From the NCBI GenBank assembly GCA_963793305.1, contig CAWBZV010000005.1:288001-352000 (forward strand): a stretch of DNA of 64,000 nt, given 5' to 3'. Made by a program: the position numbers and the translations under genes. The notes beneath the pieces are model-generated. The model did not search any database. It was not told the origin of the DNA and saw only the letters and a list, made by a program, of their open reading frames with translations. Below, piece by piece: positions 10,304 through 20,340 of the stretch (position 1 is its first letter; every line of letters begins with the position of its first letter). Source of the DNA: an uncultured Gemmatimonadales bacterium (GTDB lineage Bacteria > Gemmatimonadota > Gemmatimonadetes > Gemmatimonadales > Gemmatimonadaceae).

Positions 10304-11383
10304 ATGCTCACACTTGCCTTGCTCGCCGCACTGCTGCGGCCGCCCGTCGACACGTTCGTCGTCGACTCGTTCAAGTTCGAGAGCGGCGTCACGCTGCCGA
10401 ATGTGAAGATCGTGTACGCGACGTACGGCCAGCTCAACGCCGCTCGCGACAACGCCGTCCTGGCGCCGTCGCACTACATGGCCGACCACAACGGCTACAA
10501 CTGGCTCCTCGGTCCCGGTCAGGCGTTGGACACGACTCGCTATTTCGTCGTCGCGACGGAGATGTTCGGCAATGGCCACTCCTCGAGTCCGAGCAACACC
10601 CCAGAGCCGTTCCACGGGCCGCGGTTCCCGGCGGTTTCGATTCGCGACAACGTGCGCATCGTGCACCAGTTGCTGACCGACTCGCTGCACCTCACGCACC
10701 TGCGGGCGATCGTCGGCTTCTCGATGGGCGCCGAGCAGGCATTCCAATGGGCGGTATCGTATCCGGCCTTCGCCGATCGCATCGTCGCCACGTCCGGTAC
10801 CGCGAAATGCTATCCACACGGCGTGGTTCGCCTCGAGGGCCAGATCGCCGCGCTCGAGGCCGATGCTTCGTTCCAGGCTGGCGATTACACGGCTGAGCCA
10901 CTGCGCGGCATCCGCGCGTTCGGCACCGTCTGGGCCGCCTGGCTTTTCTCTCAGGAATGGTGGCGTACCGAGCTGTGGAAAGCCGACACGTCCAACGGTC
11001 ACTCGTTCGAGGACGTCCTCTCGCGCATCGTCGACGATTTCACGCACAACGATGCCAACGACATGATCCTTCAAGCCCGCATGTGGGAGAGTCATGATAT
11101 CGGCACCACGCCGGGCTATAACGGGGACATCGAACGCGCATTGCGCGCCATCACGATTCCCGTGCTCTACATGCCGTCAGAGACCGATCTCTATTTCCCG
11201 GTGGGCGATGCGAAATACGAGGCGCAGTTCATCCCGCACGTCACGCTCGCGGCGATTCCGTCTTTGTGGGGCCACCCCGCCGGCGCCGGCGCCAGCCCCG
11301 CCGACCTCGCGTTCCTGAACCGGACGATCAGCGACTTCCTACGAGGATCGGTAGCGGTCCTGCCACAGGGCAACGCGCGCTAG
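10304..11383 (+). CDS. Alpha/beta hydrolase, homoserine O-acetyltransferase (MetX)-like
   Basis: YATYGQLNAARDNAVL, GFSMGA nucleophile elbow, TDLYFP, SLWGH; hydrophobic N-terminus. Confidence 0.8.
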   Translation: MLTLALLAALLRPPVDTFVVDSFKFESGVTLPNVKIVYATYGQLNAARDNAVLAPSHYMADHNGYNWLLGPGQALDTTRYFVVATEMFGNGHSSSPSNTPEPFHGPRFPAVSIRDNVRIVHQLLTDSLHLTHLRAIVGFSMGAEQAFQWAVSYPAFADRIVATSGTAKCYPHGVVRLEGQIAALEADASFQAGDYTAEPLRGIRAFGTVWAAWLFSQEWWRTELWKADTSNGHSFEDVLSRIVDDFTHNDANDMILQARMWESHDIGTTPGYNGDIERALRAITIPVLYMPSETDLYFPVGDAKYEAQFIPHVTLAAIPSLWGHPAGAGASPADLAFLNRTISDFLRGSVAVLPQGNAR

Positions 11384-12370
11384 CACTTGGTCGACGGTGA
11401 TCCGAGGCATTCGGCCTCGTCTTCGGGTCCAGATGACCGCATCACCGTCACCCGGCTCGCGGAACGCATCGACCACCAGGTCGTGATATTTGCGATAGGG
11501 ACCCGTGCGCCTGGGATCGGCCTGCGCCATGAGACTCACCACCGGCCGGTCCAGCGCGACGGCCATGTGCAATGGCCCCGTGTCGAGCGAGATCACCAGC
11601 GCGGCGCCATCCACAATGGAGACCAGGCGCCGGAGCCCTGAGCCGAGAGCGTTGCGCACCGGATACCGTGCGAGCATCTGAATGCGATGCGCCGTCTCGT
11701 GTTCACGCTGAGATTGGCCACCAACGATCACCGGCTCGAGGTCATACGTCACCGTGAGCGCGTCGGCGACCTTGGCCCAGCGCTCGGGTAGCCACTCGCG
11801 ATCCGAATCCCCGGCGCCGACGACCAGGGCGGCAACCGGTCGGTCCATCGAAGCGAAGAACGACTGCTGCCACGACCGCTCCTCGCCCCGCGGCCCCAGT
11901 TGCCAGGCAATGGGCTCCGCCGGAATCTTGAGCGCCGTCAAGAACTCGAAATACTGATCCTGGACGTGCGCCCGCGGCCCCGGATCGATGCGCGACGTCG
12001 TGAACAGCCAGTTGAGATCCCGCGCCCGGGCGCGATCGAACCCCAGCTTGACCGTCGCCGGCGTGACCGCGGTCACGAGCCCGCCTTTCAACGCCACCTG
12101 CAGATCGATCAAGAGATCGAATGGCTCGCGCTTGCGGAGCGCCAGGTGATAGGCGGCGAACGCGCTCAATCCGCGATGCGGATCGATCTCGATGATCTCG
12201 TCGATCGATGGATGACCGCGGACGAGCGCGGCCGGGCCGGGCTCGATCACCCAGGTAATCCACGCCATCGGATACTCGCGCTTGATCGCGTTGATCACCG
12301 GCAGCACGTGCACGCTGTCGCCGATCGCGCTCAGCATGACGACGCAGATCCGGTCGAACGGCGACGTCAC
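11339..12370 (-). CDS. GT9 ADP-heptose:LPS heptosyltransferase
   Basis: SAIGDSVH, DTGPLHMAVAL, RTGPY. Confidence 0.9.
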   Translation of the reverse strand: MTSPFDRICVVMLSAIGDSVHVLPVINAIKREYPMAWITWVIEPGPAALVRGHPSIDEIIEIDPHRGLSAFAAYHLALRKREPFDLLIDLQVALKGGLVTAVTPATVKLGFDRARARDLNWLFTTSRIDPGPRAHVQDQYFEFLTALKIPAEPIAWQLGPRGEERSWQQSFFASMDRPVAALVVGAGDSDREWLPERWAKVADALTVTYDLEPVIVGGQSQREHETAHRIQMLARYPVRNALGSGLRRLVSIVDGAALVISLDTGPLHMAVALDRPVVSLMAQADPRRTGPYRKYHDLVVDAFREPGDGDAVIWTRRRGRMPRITVDQVLARVALWQDRYRSS

Positions 12371-13386
12371 GGCCGATACCGCACGCGCCAGAGCTTCACG
12401 CGGTCCATCACCATCGGTACGGTGATGTGCATCATCCCATCGAGCCGCCGCTCCTTCATGCGCCGCGACGGCTCGCCAAATCCGTTGGCGATGAGGTCGT
12501 GGTATTTGCGATACGGGCCGTAGACGATCGGGTCGTTATATCCGATGAGACTCACGACGGGCCGGTCGAGCGCGACCGCGATATGCAGCGGCCCCGTATC
12601 CAGCGACACGACGAGCGCGGCGCCGTCGAGGATGGCCACCAAGCGCCGGAGCCCTGATCCCAACGCATTGCGCACGGGATAGCGCGCGAGGGTCTGGATC
12701 TGGTGCGCGGTCGCGATCTCGCGCGGTGTGCTCCCGCCGACCATGACGGGCGCGAGCCCATACTCGGTCGTGAGCGCATCGGCCACGGCGGCCCAGCGCT
12801 CCGGCAGCCAGTTCTTGGGCTCCCGACTCGACCCGATCACGAGGGCCGCGACTGGCCTATCAATGGCCGCGTAGAACGACGATTGCCATTCCCGCTCTTC
12901 CGCCCGCGGCGCCAGGTCCCAGATCACCGGCTCGGCGTTGACCCCGAGCGGTCCCAGAAATTCAAAAAACTGATCCTGAATGTGCCGGGGCCCTTTGACC
13001 CGCGGGATCCTGGCGTTAGTAAAAAGCCAGTTGAAATCCCTGGCGCGCCAGAAATCGAACCCGAGCTTTGTTTCGCCCTTGATCAGCCAGGTCAAAATCC
13101 CAGCCTTGAGATACGGCTGCAAGTCGAAGACAACGTCGAAGACGCGCGCGCCGCAGGCGCGCCGTACTTCGTAAAACGCGCCAAGCCCTCGATCGCGATC
13201 AAAGACGATGAGCTCGTCGATGGCGGGATGCCCCGCCACGAGCTCCGCGGGCCCGGGCTGCACGATCCACGTCGTCTTCGTCGCCGGCGACCGTCGCTTG
13301 ATCGCATTGAGCAGCGGCAACACGTGCACCGCGTCACCGATCGCGCTCGGCATGACGATGCACACACGAGATCCGAGCGCGATCAT
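12367..13386 (-). CDS. GT9 ADP-heptose:LPS heptosyltransferase (paralog)
   Basis: SAIGDAVH, KNWLPERW, DTGPLHIAVAL. Confidence 0.9.
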   Translation of the reverse strand: MIALGSRVCIVMPSAIGDAVHVLPLLNAIKRRSPATKTTWIVQPGPAELVAGHPAIDELIVFDRDRGLGAFYEVRRACGARVFDVVFDLQPYLKAGILTWLIKGETKLGFDFWRARDFNWLFTNARIPRVKGPRHIQDQFFEFLGPLGVNAEPVIWDLAPRAEEREWQSSFYAAIDRPVAALVIGSSREPKNWLPERWAAVADALTTEYGLAPVMVGGSTPREIATAHQIQTLARYPVRNALGSGLRRLVAILDGAALVVSLDTGPLHIAVALDRPVVSLIGYNDPIVYGPYRKYHDLIANGFGEPSRRMKERRLDGMMHITVPMVMDRVKLWRVRYRP

Positions 13387-14013
13387 CGGCCGAGTTTTTT
13401 CGCTGACCGCATGAGCCGAGATCTGTTGCGTTCATCGACGCGCCGATCGCGGGGCGGCAAAAAATACACGGTGTCGATGTCGAGAACGTACGCGGTTCCG
13501 CCATCGACGATCACATTGCGCATGTTGAGATCCGGGTGCACCGCGCCCGCCCGGCTCATCGCTTGTATCAGGGTCTCCGCTTCCTCGGGGCTCGTCAATT
13601 CCCGTCCAGCGATCTCCCGAGTGACAACGTCCGCGCGCTCAATGCCCGGGATGACCGTGTACGTCGCATACGCGACGATGTCAGGCGTCGGGACGCCGGC
13701 GGCCCGCAGCCGAATGGCGACGTTCGAGCTCGTGCGGTGCGCGCGTCGGCGCCAGAAAGAGGTCTTGTGTGAGCGGCGCCAGCAGTCCGCCATGTCGCGA
13801 GTGCCGGACCACGACGGGGACGTTGGCGAGCACGGTCGCGTACGCAACATCACGCCCGCGCAGAGGCTTGGCGTTCGGCGCGCGCGCGGCCCAGCCATGC
13901 AGCGTCTCGCCGCTTGCCAGAACCGCGTCGACCGCTGCCGCAAACGCCTCGAGCACGACCGCTCGGGTGCGGCCGCGGCGGAGCAGGGAGTAACCTGCCG
14001 GAACGTGGCTCAG
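13383..14013 (-). CDS. LPS kinase, Kdo/WaaP family (+1 frameshift near 13724; apparent CTG start)
   Basis: VVVRHSRHGG...TRAPHEL then AGVPTP, HPDLNMRNVIV, YVLDID, RNRSRLMRS; LPS context. Confidence 0.75.
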
Positions 14014-15569
14014 CCGGCGACCCGAAAAACGGGAATCGCGTGCGCTTTCCCCTTGAGATCCATCGGCGGCCGCTCTTCGAGCCTCGGCGGCGCCTTGAGC
14101 GCCCGCCGCATGGCATCCGACAACAAGATCTCCCCCGCCTCGGCGGCCGAGCAGAGCCGGCTGGCCGTATTGACGGTGTCGCCGATCACGGTGAACTCGA
14201 GCCGGCGCTCCGAGCCGATATTCCCGGCGAACGCCTCGCCGAAATTGAGCCCGATGCCGATGCCGAGCGCCGGCCGCCCCGCCGCGAGCCACTTCACGTT
14301 CAGCTGCTCGAGCGCGCGCATCATGTCGACCGCCGCGCGCATCGCGCGATCGGCGTCGTCGTTCGTGCCGATCGGCGCCCCCCACTGCGCCATGACGGCG
14401 TCGCCCATGAACTTGTCCAGCGTGCCGCCGTGTCGGAACACGCAATCGACCATCTCGGTGAAATATTCGGAGAGCAGGGTCGCCATGTCATCGGGCTTCA
14501 TCGTCTCCGACAGCGCCGTGAATCCTCGAATATCACTGAATAGCACGGCAATGGGCCGCTTATCGCCCCCGAGCTTCACCGCATCCAACGACGTCGCGAT
14601 TCTCGCCGCGAGACTCGGCGCGAAGTATCGCTCGAAATTGCTACGCACAATGAGCTCTTGCCGGATGCGCTCCGAGAACTGCCCGTTCTCAATGGCCGCG
14701 GCGGCAATCGATGCAAACGCAATTAAAAAGTCGAGATCGTCCTCACCGAAGCGATGGGTAGACGTAACGTTGTCCACGTAGAGCACGCCAAGCACGCGCC
14801 CTTCGCTCCCGACGAGCGGCGCACACATGGTCGATCTGACGCGTTGCATAAGAATGGACTGCCCGCCAAATCTCATATCCTCGGGAGCGTTGTCAGACAG
14901 AATGCCAACTTTGTCCTGCACCGCTGTTCTCACAATGGACTGCGGCACGGTTCTCTGAGCAGCTGTACCATGTCGATCCCGCGAGACTTTCGGAACGTTG
15001 TCGAGCAGTATCGACACGTAGTCGACGTTGAAGATCTGCAAGCAGAACCCGGCGATCGTATCCAGCAGCGCGCCAGTGTCGACGGTCCGCGTCAGCCCTT
15101 TCGAGACTTCCAATAGCAGCGCCAACTTCTTGGCCGAGCGCTGCTCGTCTGATCCCGTCGGGTGCGTGATGCCAAGCACCGCGCCATCAGTGGCCGGCAA
15201 CTGCCGCACGATCGTCGCGCCCTTGGGCGGCGTGGCCAGCGCGGGCGGCGCGGGCGGGACAACGTGCTCCAACGACGGCGTCAGCTGCGTGACCTTGAAT
15301 GGCACCTTCCCAAACGAGATGACGTCGCCGGATGCCAGCCGCGCCGTTTCGATGCGCCCGCCGTTCAGATAGGTGCCGTTGCTCGACCCGAGATCCCGAA
15401 CCTCGACGCCGTCGTCCCCAGCCACGAGCTCGGCGTGCCGCCTCGAGATGGTCGGATCGAACACGGGGATGTCGCTGGTGAGCGCCCGGCCGACTACCAC
15501 GGTCGACCCCGCGGGGAGATCGAACGTTTGCTCGTGCTCGCCGCCGACGCTCGTCAGCTTGAACGGCAT
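14010..15569 (-). CDS. Class III adenylate/guanylate cyclase with FHA and GAF domains
   Basis: FHA (VGR, SRRHA, DLGSSNGT), GAF, LFSDIRGFT, LDKFMGDA, TVIGDTVNTASRL. Confidence 0.92.
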   Translation of the reverse strand: MPFKLTSVGGEHEQTFDLPAGSTVVVGRALTSDIPVFDPTISRRHAELVAGDDGVEVRDLGSSNGTYLNGGRIETARLASGDVISFGKVPFKVTQLTPSLEHVVPPAPPALATPPKGATIVRQLPATDGAVLGITHPTGSDEQRSAKKLALLLEVSKGLTRTVDTGALLDTIAGFCLQIFNVDYVSILLDNVPKVSRDRHGTAAQRTVPQSIVRTAVQDKVGILSDNAPEDMRFGGQSILMQRVRSTMCAPLVGSEGRVLGVLYVDNVTSTHRFGEDDLDFLIAFASIAAAAIENGQFSERIRQELIVRSNFERYFAPSLAARIATSLDAVKLGGDKRPIAVLFSDIRGFTALSETMKPDDMATLLSEYFTEMVDCVFRHGGTLDKFMGDAVMAQWGAPIGTNDDADRAMRAAVDMMRALEQLNVKWLAAGRPALGIGIGLNFGEAFAGNIGSERRLEFTVIGDTVNTASRLCSAAEAGEILLSDAMRRALKAPPRLEERPPMDLKGKAHAIPVFRVAG

Positions 15570-17080
15570 GCCGCCCGCACCTGTCCGATAGCGGTCAGTA
15601 GCGCCCGCGCCTTATTCTCGGTCTCCTCCCACTCGCGCGCGGGATCGGAATCGGCCACGATGCCGGCGGCAACCTGCACCGATGCGGTGCCGTTGGCGAT
15701 GATGCACGTCCGGATCGTGATCGCGAGGTCCATGCGACGGCCACCCGCGGCGACGTAACCGACCGCGCCGCCATACGGCCCGCGCCGCTCAGGCTCGAGC
15801 TCGTCGATGATCTCCATCGCTCTCACCTTGGGCGCCCCACTCAGCGTTCCCGCGGGGAATGTTGCCCGGAACACATCCAGCGCATTCGCATCGCCGGCAA
15901 TAGTCCCTTCGACCTGACTCACGATATGGAGCACATGCGAGTATCGCTCGATCTTCATGAGCTCCGTCACGCTCACCGACCCGAACTCGGCGATGCGCCC
16001 GATATCATTGCGGCAGAGATCCACGAGCATGACGTGCTCGGCCCGCTCTTTCTCGTCGGCAATGAGCTCCGCGCTCAGCGCTTCATCCTCCGCCGCCGTC
16101 TTTCCTCGTGGACGTGTCCCCGCGATGGGTCGTAACGTGACGCGCCCGTCCGCAACTCTCACGTGCACCTCGGGTGAGCTGCCCACCAACTCGACCCCAT
16201 CGAGGATGAGATGAAACATGTACGGCGAGGGATTGATGGCCCGCAGCGCCCGGTAGAGAGCAGCCGATGGAAAATCATGCTCGACATCAATGCGCCGTCC
16301 GAGCTCGGCCTGAAAACAATCCCCGGCAAAGACATACTCGCGAATGCGCTCGACGTCGCGCATGTAGTCCTGCCGGGCATAGGTCGATCGTCCGGTCGCC
16401 GGCGGAGCCGAAGGGTCGAGATCGAGCGGCGCGAGCGCCTGCGACGCCCGCAGGCGCGCCAATGTCGCCTCGATGTCCGCGAGCGCCGCGTCGTAGCGCG
16501 CCCGAATCTCCTGGCTCGTGAGATCGGCCGACACAGGCACGCTCATGACAACCCGAGCCCGCGCGCGAAAGTTGTCGATGATCACGACACCCCGCGTCAT
16601 GACGAAGATCGCGTCGGGCACGCGCAAACCCGCCGGTGGCGGAGAGGCCAAGTGCTCGATGTATCGCACGACGTCGTAGCCGAAGTAACCGACGGCGCCC
16701 CCCCAGAACGCCCCGAGCTCCGAGTCGAGCTCGCCGAGCGGCGGCGGTGTGTCGCGAGCCAAAACGGCGTCGAGGTCGGCCAGGGGGTCGGCAGGGCGGC
16801 GCGCGCCGTGCCACCCGCGCTCGGGCGTCCAATCTTCCACAACCCCATCCGTCAGCCGCCAGGCGCTTCTCGGCTCGGTCCCCATAAACGTGTATCGCGA
16901 CCAGGTCTCAGAACCCGCTGGAGCGGATTCGAGCAGGAACGCGAACGACCCGCGCCGGAGCTTCGCGAACGCCGACACAGCGGTATCGGTGTCCAGTAAG
17001 CAGTCCCGCCAGACCGGGATGACGCCACCCGCGGGGCCGACGGCTTGCGCCAGCGCGCAGAATCGCTCAAATCCGGGCAT
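15554..17080 (-). CDS. trpE: Anthranilate synthase component I
   Basis: FLLESA, NPSPYM, RPIAGTRPRG, KERAEHVMLVDLCRND, PAGTLSGAPK; start could also be 17110/17113. Confidence 0.9.
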   Translation of the reverse strand: MPGFERFCALAQAVGPAGGVIPVWRDCLLDTDTAVSAFAKLRRGSFAFLLESAPAGSETWSRYTFMGTEPRSAWRLTDGVVEDWTPERGWHGARRPADPLADLDAVLARDTPPPLGELDSELGAFWGGAVGYFGYDVVRYIEHLASPPPAGLRVPDAIFVMTRGVVIIDNFRARARVVMSVPVSADLTSQEIRARYDAALADIEATLARLRASQALAPLDLDPSAPPATGRSTYARQDYMRDVERIREYVFAGDCFQAELGRRIDVEHDFPSAALYRALRAINPSPYMFHLILDGVELVGSSPEVHVRVADGRVTLRPIAGTRPRGKTAAEDEALSAELIADEKERAEHVMLVDLCRNDIGRIAEFGSVSVTELMKIERYSHVLHIVSQVEGTIAGDANALDVFRATFPAGTLSGAPKVRAMEIIDELEPERRGPYGGAVGYVAAGGRRMDLAITIRTCIIANGTASVQVAAGIVADSDPAREWEETENKARALLTAIGQVRAACRSS

Positions 17081-19055
17081 GTTCAACAAGGGGCTGGCCG
17101 CGTGTGCCATCATGTCGCTGTCACTGGCGGGGGTCGTCGAGGCTCAAGTATGGAACAGCGCCGAAGCGCGCGCCCTGGTCGAACGCGCGACCGCTCTCCG
17201 TACGCGCCAGCTCGCCGATACCGGACTGGTCGACTACCACGCGACGGCCCACGGCTACGTGACGTTTCTGGCGCAACTCGGAGACGGGCTCCGCGAGCCG
17301 CCCAGAATCGTCCGCGCCGACCAGCTCGCGCTCGAAGTCTATTGGCGGGCACCGAACTTCAGCAAGCAGATTATCGAGGGACGACGCGACACGCTGCTGC
17401 TCCCCACGGACATCGTGTACCACCGTGATCACCTCGGCATCGTGCAAAATAATTTCCCCGATGCGATTCGGTTGGGGGAAGGGGACGAGGTGAAAGATGT
17501 GCCCCACCCGCTCTCGCGCGTAGGACTCGCGCTCTACGACTTCGCCATCGACGACTCGCTCACTATTTCACCCCCACCCGTTCGCGTATACCGAGTCCTG
17601 GTACGTCCGCATGATCCCAACTCGGCCGGTATCGTCGGCGCAATCTATATCGAACCGCGTGAAGGCCAGGTCGTGCGCATGGTGTTCGACTTCACCCGCC
17701 GTGCCTTCCTCCAGCCCGAGCTCGAGGGCATCTCGGTCGCATTGGAGAATGCGCTCGTCGACGGGCGATTTTGGCTCCCGAACCGTCAGGAGATCGAGAT
17801 CCGCCGCTCCGGCACGTGGCTGGATGCACCGGTGCGCGGGATCATCCGCTCCCACTGGGAGATCGCGAACTATGTCGTGAACCGGGGGGTGCCGTCGTTC
17901 TTTGGCGGCGCCGAAATCGTCTCGGTCGACGCGACGCATCTACAACAGTACCCATGGCACGGCGGCATCCTCGACTCGCTCGAATCCGGATCGCACGTCG
18001 TCACCGACGCCAATGTCGTGCGGCTCCAGGACTACGTCCGGGACTACGGCGTCCGCCACGTGACCGAGACGGCCATCGCCGCGCGCTCCGCATCCGACTT
18101 CGTCCGCGTCGACCGCGCCGAAGGCCTGGCCCTCGGCGCCGGCCTCACGCAACACTTCGGCTACGGCTTCTCGGCCACGGCCCGAGCGCGCTATGGCTTC
18201 GCCGACACCCGAGCGAAAGGCGAGGCTGACCTGTCGTGGAACTGGCTCACGCTCTCCGCCTACCGCGACTATCGGGACGTGGGCAATGTCCCAGAAAGCT
18301 CTCGTCTCATAAACAGCCTCGCCGCCCAAGAATTTGGCACTGATCACACAGACCCCTACGACACACGTGGGGTGGCCGCTTTCGTCTCGCTACCCACGTT
18401 GGGCGGCTTCACCTGGCAGCTCGGCGTCCGCCGCGAACGCCAGGACTCATTGGCCGTCCGCGCGCACCCGACGTCGGGCCATTTCGCTCCCACCGTCCCC
18501 GCCGTTTCCCTCTGGCAGACGTTGCCCTCCCTCACTGTCTCGCACCCCACTTCCCCAGGTCCCCTCGGCACAGAGATCCGCCTGGATGCCGCTTTCACCG
18601 GAGCATTCGGAACGTTCGCCCGAGCGAACGCCGTATTGTCGATCGAGCGTCCGGAGGGCGCCGACAGATTAGTCACGCGAACAACGCTCGCCGGAGTCAC
18701 CGCCGGCCCGGTCCCAATACAAGACGACGTGTTTCTCGGCGGGCCGATCACGGGCCCGGGCTACGCGTACCACGAGTTTGTTGGCCGTGCGGGAGCGACC
18801 GAACACATAGAATGGCAGTTCCCGATTCCTGCCCCCGGGATCACCTTGGGCCGCTACGGAACCAGCCCCAGAACGGTGACGCTCGCCCCGTTCGTACACG
18901 TGCTGTACACGTCCCGCGATGGGTACTACCCGTCTGCAGGCATGGGTGTGCTAGCGCTCTTCAATCTGGTCCGATTTGATGTCGCCCACGGCCTACGACG
19001 GGGCGCCTGGACGTTCGCATTCGACCTCGATCGCACCCTCTGGCCGGTGCTGTAG
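17079..19055 (+). CDS. Hypothetical outer-membrane protein (signal peptide, C-terminal beta-barrel)
   Basis: MFNKGLAACAIMSLSLAGVVEA-Q signal-like start; amphipathic strands ending LVRFDVAHGL...WPVL. Confidence 0.65.
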   Translation: MFNKGLAACAIMSLSLAGVVEAQVWNSAEARALVERATALRTRQLADTGLVDYHATAHGYVTFLAQLGDGLREPPRIVRADQLALEVYWRAPNFSKQIIEGRRDTLLLPTDIVYHRDHLGIVQNNFPDAIRLGEGDEVKDVPHPLSRVGLALYDFAIDDSLTISPPPVRVYRVLVRPHDPNSAGIVGAIYIEPREGQVVRMVFDFTRRAFLQPELEGISVALENALVDGRFWLPNRQEIEIRRSGTWLDAPVRGIIRSHWEIANYVVNRGVPSFFGGAEIVSVDATHLQQYPWHGGILDSLESGSHVVTDANVVRLQDYVRDYGVRHVTETAIAARSASDFVRVDRAEGLALGAGLTQHFGYGFSATARARYGFADTRAKGEADLSWNWLTLSAYRDYRDVGNVPESSRLINSLAAQEFGTDHTDPYDTRGVAAFVSLPTLGGFTWQLGVRRERQDSLAVRAHPTSGHFAPTVPAVSLWQTLPSLTVSHPTSPGPLGTEIRLDAAFTGAFGTFARANAVLSIERPEGADRLVTRTTLAGVTAGPVPIQDDVFLGGPITGPGYAYHEFVGRAGATEHIEWQFPIPAPGITLGRYGTSPRTVTLAPFVHVLYTSRDGYYPSAGMGVLALFNLVRFDVAHGLRRGAWTFAFDLDRTLWPVL

Positions 19056-19520
19056 CACCCAGGCCAGGAGAAACGCGCCAACCGTGACGGCAACGTCCGC
19101 CACGTTGAACGTCCAGAACCGCAGGGAGCCTACGCCGAGGTCCACGAAGTCGACCACCCCGCGTGACCACCGCACGCGGTCGATCACGTTCCCGAGGGCG
19201 CCGCCCGTCAACAGGGCAAGCGCAATGACGCGCGCGGTCTCACCGGGCGCCGTGCGCCGATAGGCCCGCCACAGGATGCCAATGACCACCAGCGCGGCCG
19301 CGGTCAACAGCCACCGCGACTCGCCCCGATTGAGAATGCCGGTCGCGGCACCCCGGTTGTAGGCGAGGGTCAACCGAAACACATCGCCCACGATGTCGTG
19401 CGGTACATCGGGTGGCGACAAGGCCTCGACCGCGAGGCGTTTGGTCGAGCAGTCGAGCAACAATACGGTCAGGAGCACCGGCCAGTACCGCTTTGCCTTA
19501 ATATTGTTGGACGATGCCAC
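18993..19520 (-). CDS. lspA: Lipoprotein signal peptidase II
   Basis: LDCSTK, YNRGAA, GGALGNVIDR, VVDFVD, TFNVADVA; GTG start with AGGAG RBS. Confidence 0.92.
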   Translation of the reverse strand: MASSNNIKAKRYWPVLLTVLLLDCSTKRLAVEALSPPDVPHDIVGDVFRLTLAYNRGAATGILNRGESRWLLTAAALVVIGILWRAYRRTAPGETARVIALALLTGGALGNVIDRVRWSRGVVDFVDLGVGSLRFWTFNVADVAVTVGAFLLAWVLQHRPEGAIEVECERPGAPS

Positions 19521-19885
19521 TCGTACTCCTGGTCGAAGATGAGGAGACGCTCCGTAAGGTCCTTCGCAATCTGCTCGAACGCGATGGCTTCGAAGTCGCC
19601 GAGGCGGCCGACGGCGCCGAGGCGTTGAGCGCGGTCGATCGGCTCTCACCCAATGCCATCGTGCTCGACCTCAATCTGCCCGTGCTCGACGGCTACGACG
19701 TGCTGTCTCGCCTCCGTACTCGAAGTACGAGCGCGACGCTCCCGGTGTTGGTCTTGACCGCGAATGGCGATGAGGCCTCGGAGGTCCGCGCCCTCAAAAT
19801 GGGCGCGAACGAATTCCTGACAAAACCGTTCCGCCCCCGCGCCCTCGGCGCACGGCTCAAGCTGCTCCTGTCGCGCGACGGATGA
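19514..19885 (+). CDS. Single-domain response regulator
   Basis: LLVEDE, LDLNLPVLDG, FLTKPF. Confidence 0.9.
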   Translation: MPLVLLVEDEETLRKVLRNLLERDGFEVAEAADGAEALSAVDRLSPNAIVLDLNLPVLDGYDVLSRLRTRSTSATLPVLVLTANGDEASEVRALKMGANEFLTKPFRPRALGARLKLLLSRDG

Positions 19886-20337
19886 CCGACATCGTCGTCG
19901 GGGTCGTGGATGTCTATGTGATCCGTCCGTCTTGGCACGTCCTCCTGCTCCAACGCCGCGAGGGCACGCGCTGTCCGGGAAGCTGGGAAACCGTGCACGG
20001 TCATATCGAGCGTGACGAACCCCCCGAATCCGCCGCGGTCCGCGAAGTCCGGGAAGAGACAGGCCTTGTCGTGGAACGCCTGTATAACGTCACCGTGCAG
20101 CCATTCTATCTGCACCGGTACGGAGCGGTTCAACTGGCGGTCGTCTTCGCCGCATTTGTGGCGGAAGACTCGCACGTCGTACTCGGCACGGAACATCAAC
20201 AGGCCGAGTGGCGCACCGTCGACGAAGCGCTGGCGCGCTACACGTGGCCGAGGTCACGTGCCGCGCTCAACGACATCGTCGATCTACTCGCCTTTGGCGA
20301 TGCAGGGGTCGTAGAAGACGTCCTGCGCGTGCTCTAG
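19882..20337 (+). CDS. NUDIX hydrolase (NudB-like)
   Basis: GHIERDEPPESAAVREVREETG Nudix box. Confidence 0.9.
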   Translation: MTDIVVGVVDVYVIRPSWHVLLLQRREGTRCPGSWETVHGHIERDEPPESAAVREVREETGLVVERLYNVTVQPFYLHRYGAVQLAVVFAAFVAEDSHVVLGTEHQQAEWRTVDEALARYTWPRSRAALNDIVDLLAFGDAGVVEDVLRVL

Positions 20338-20340
20338 TCG

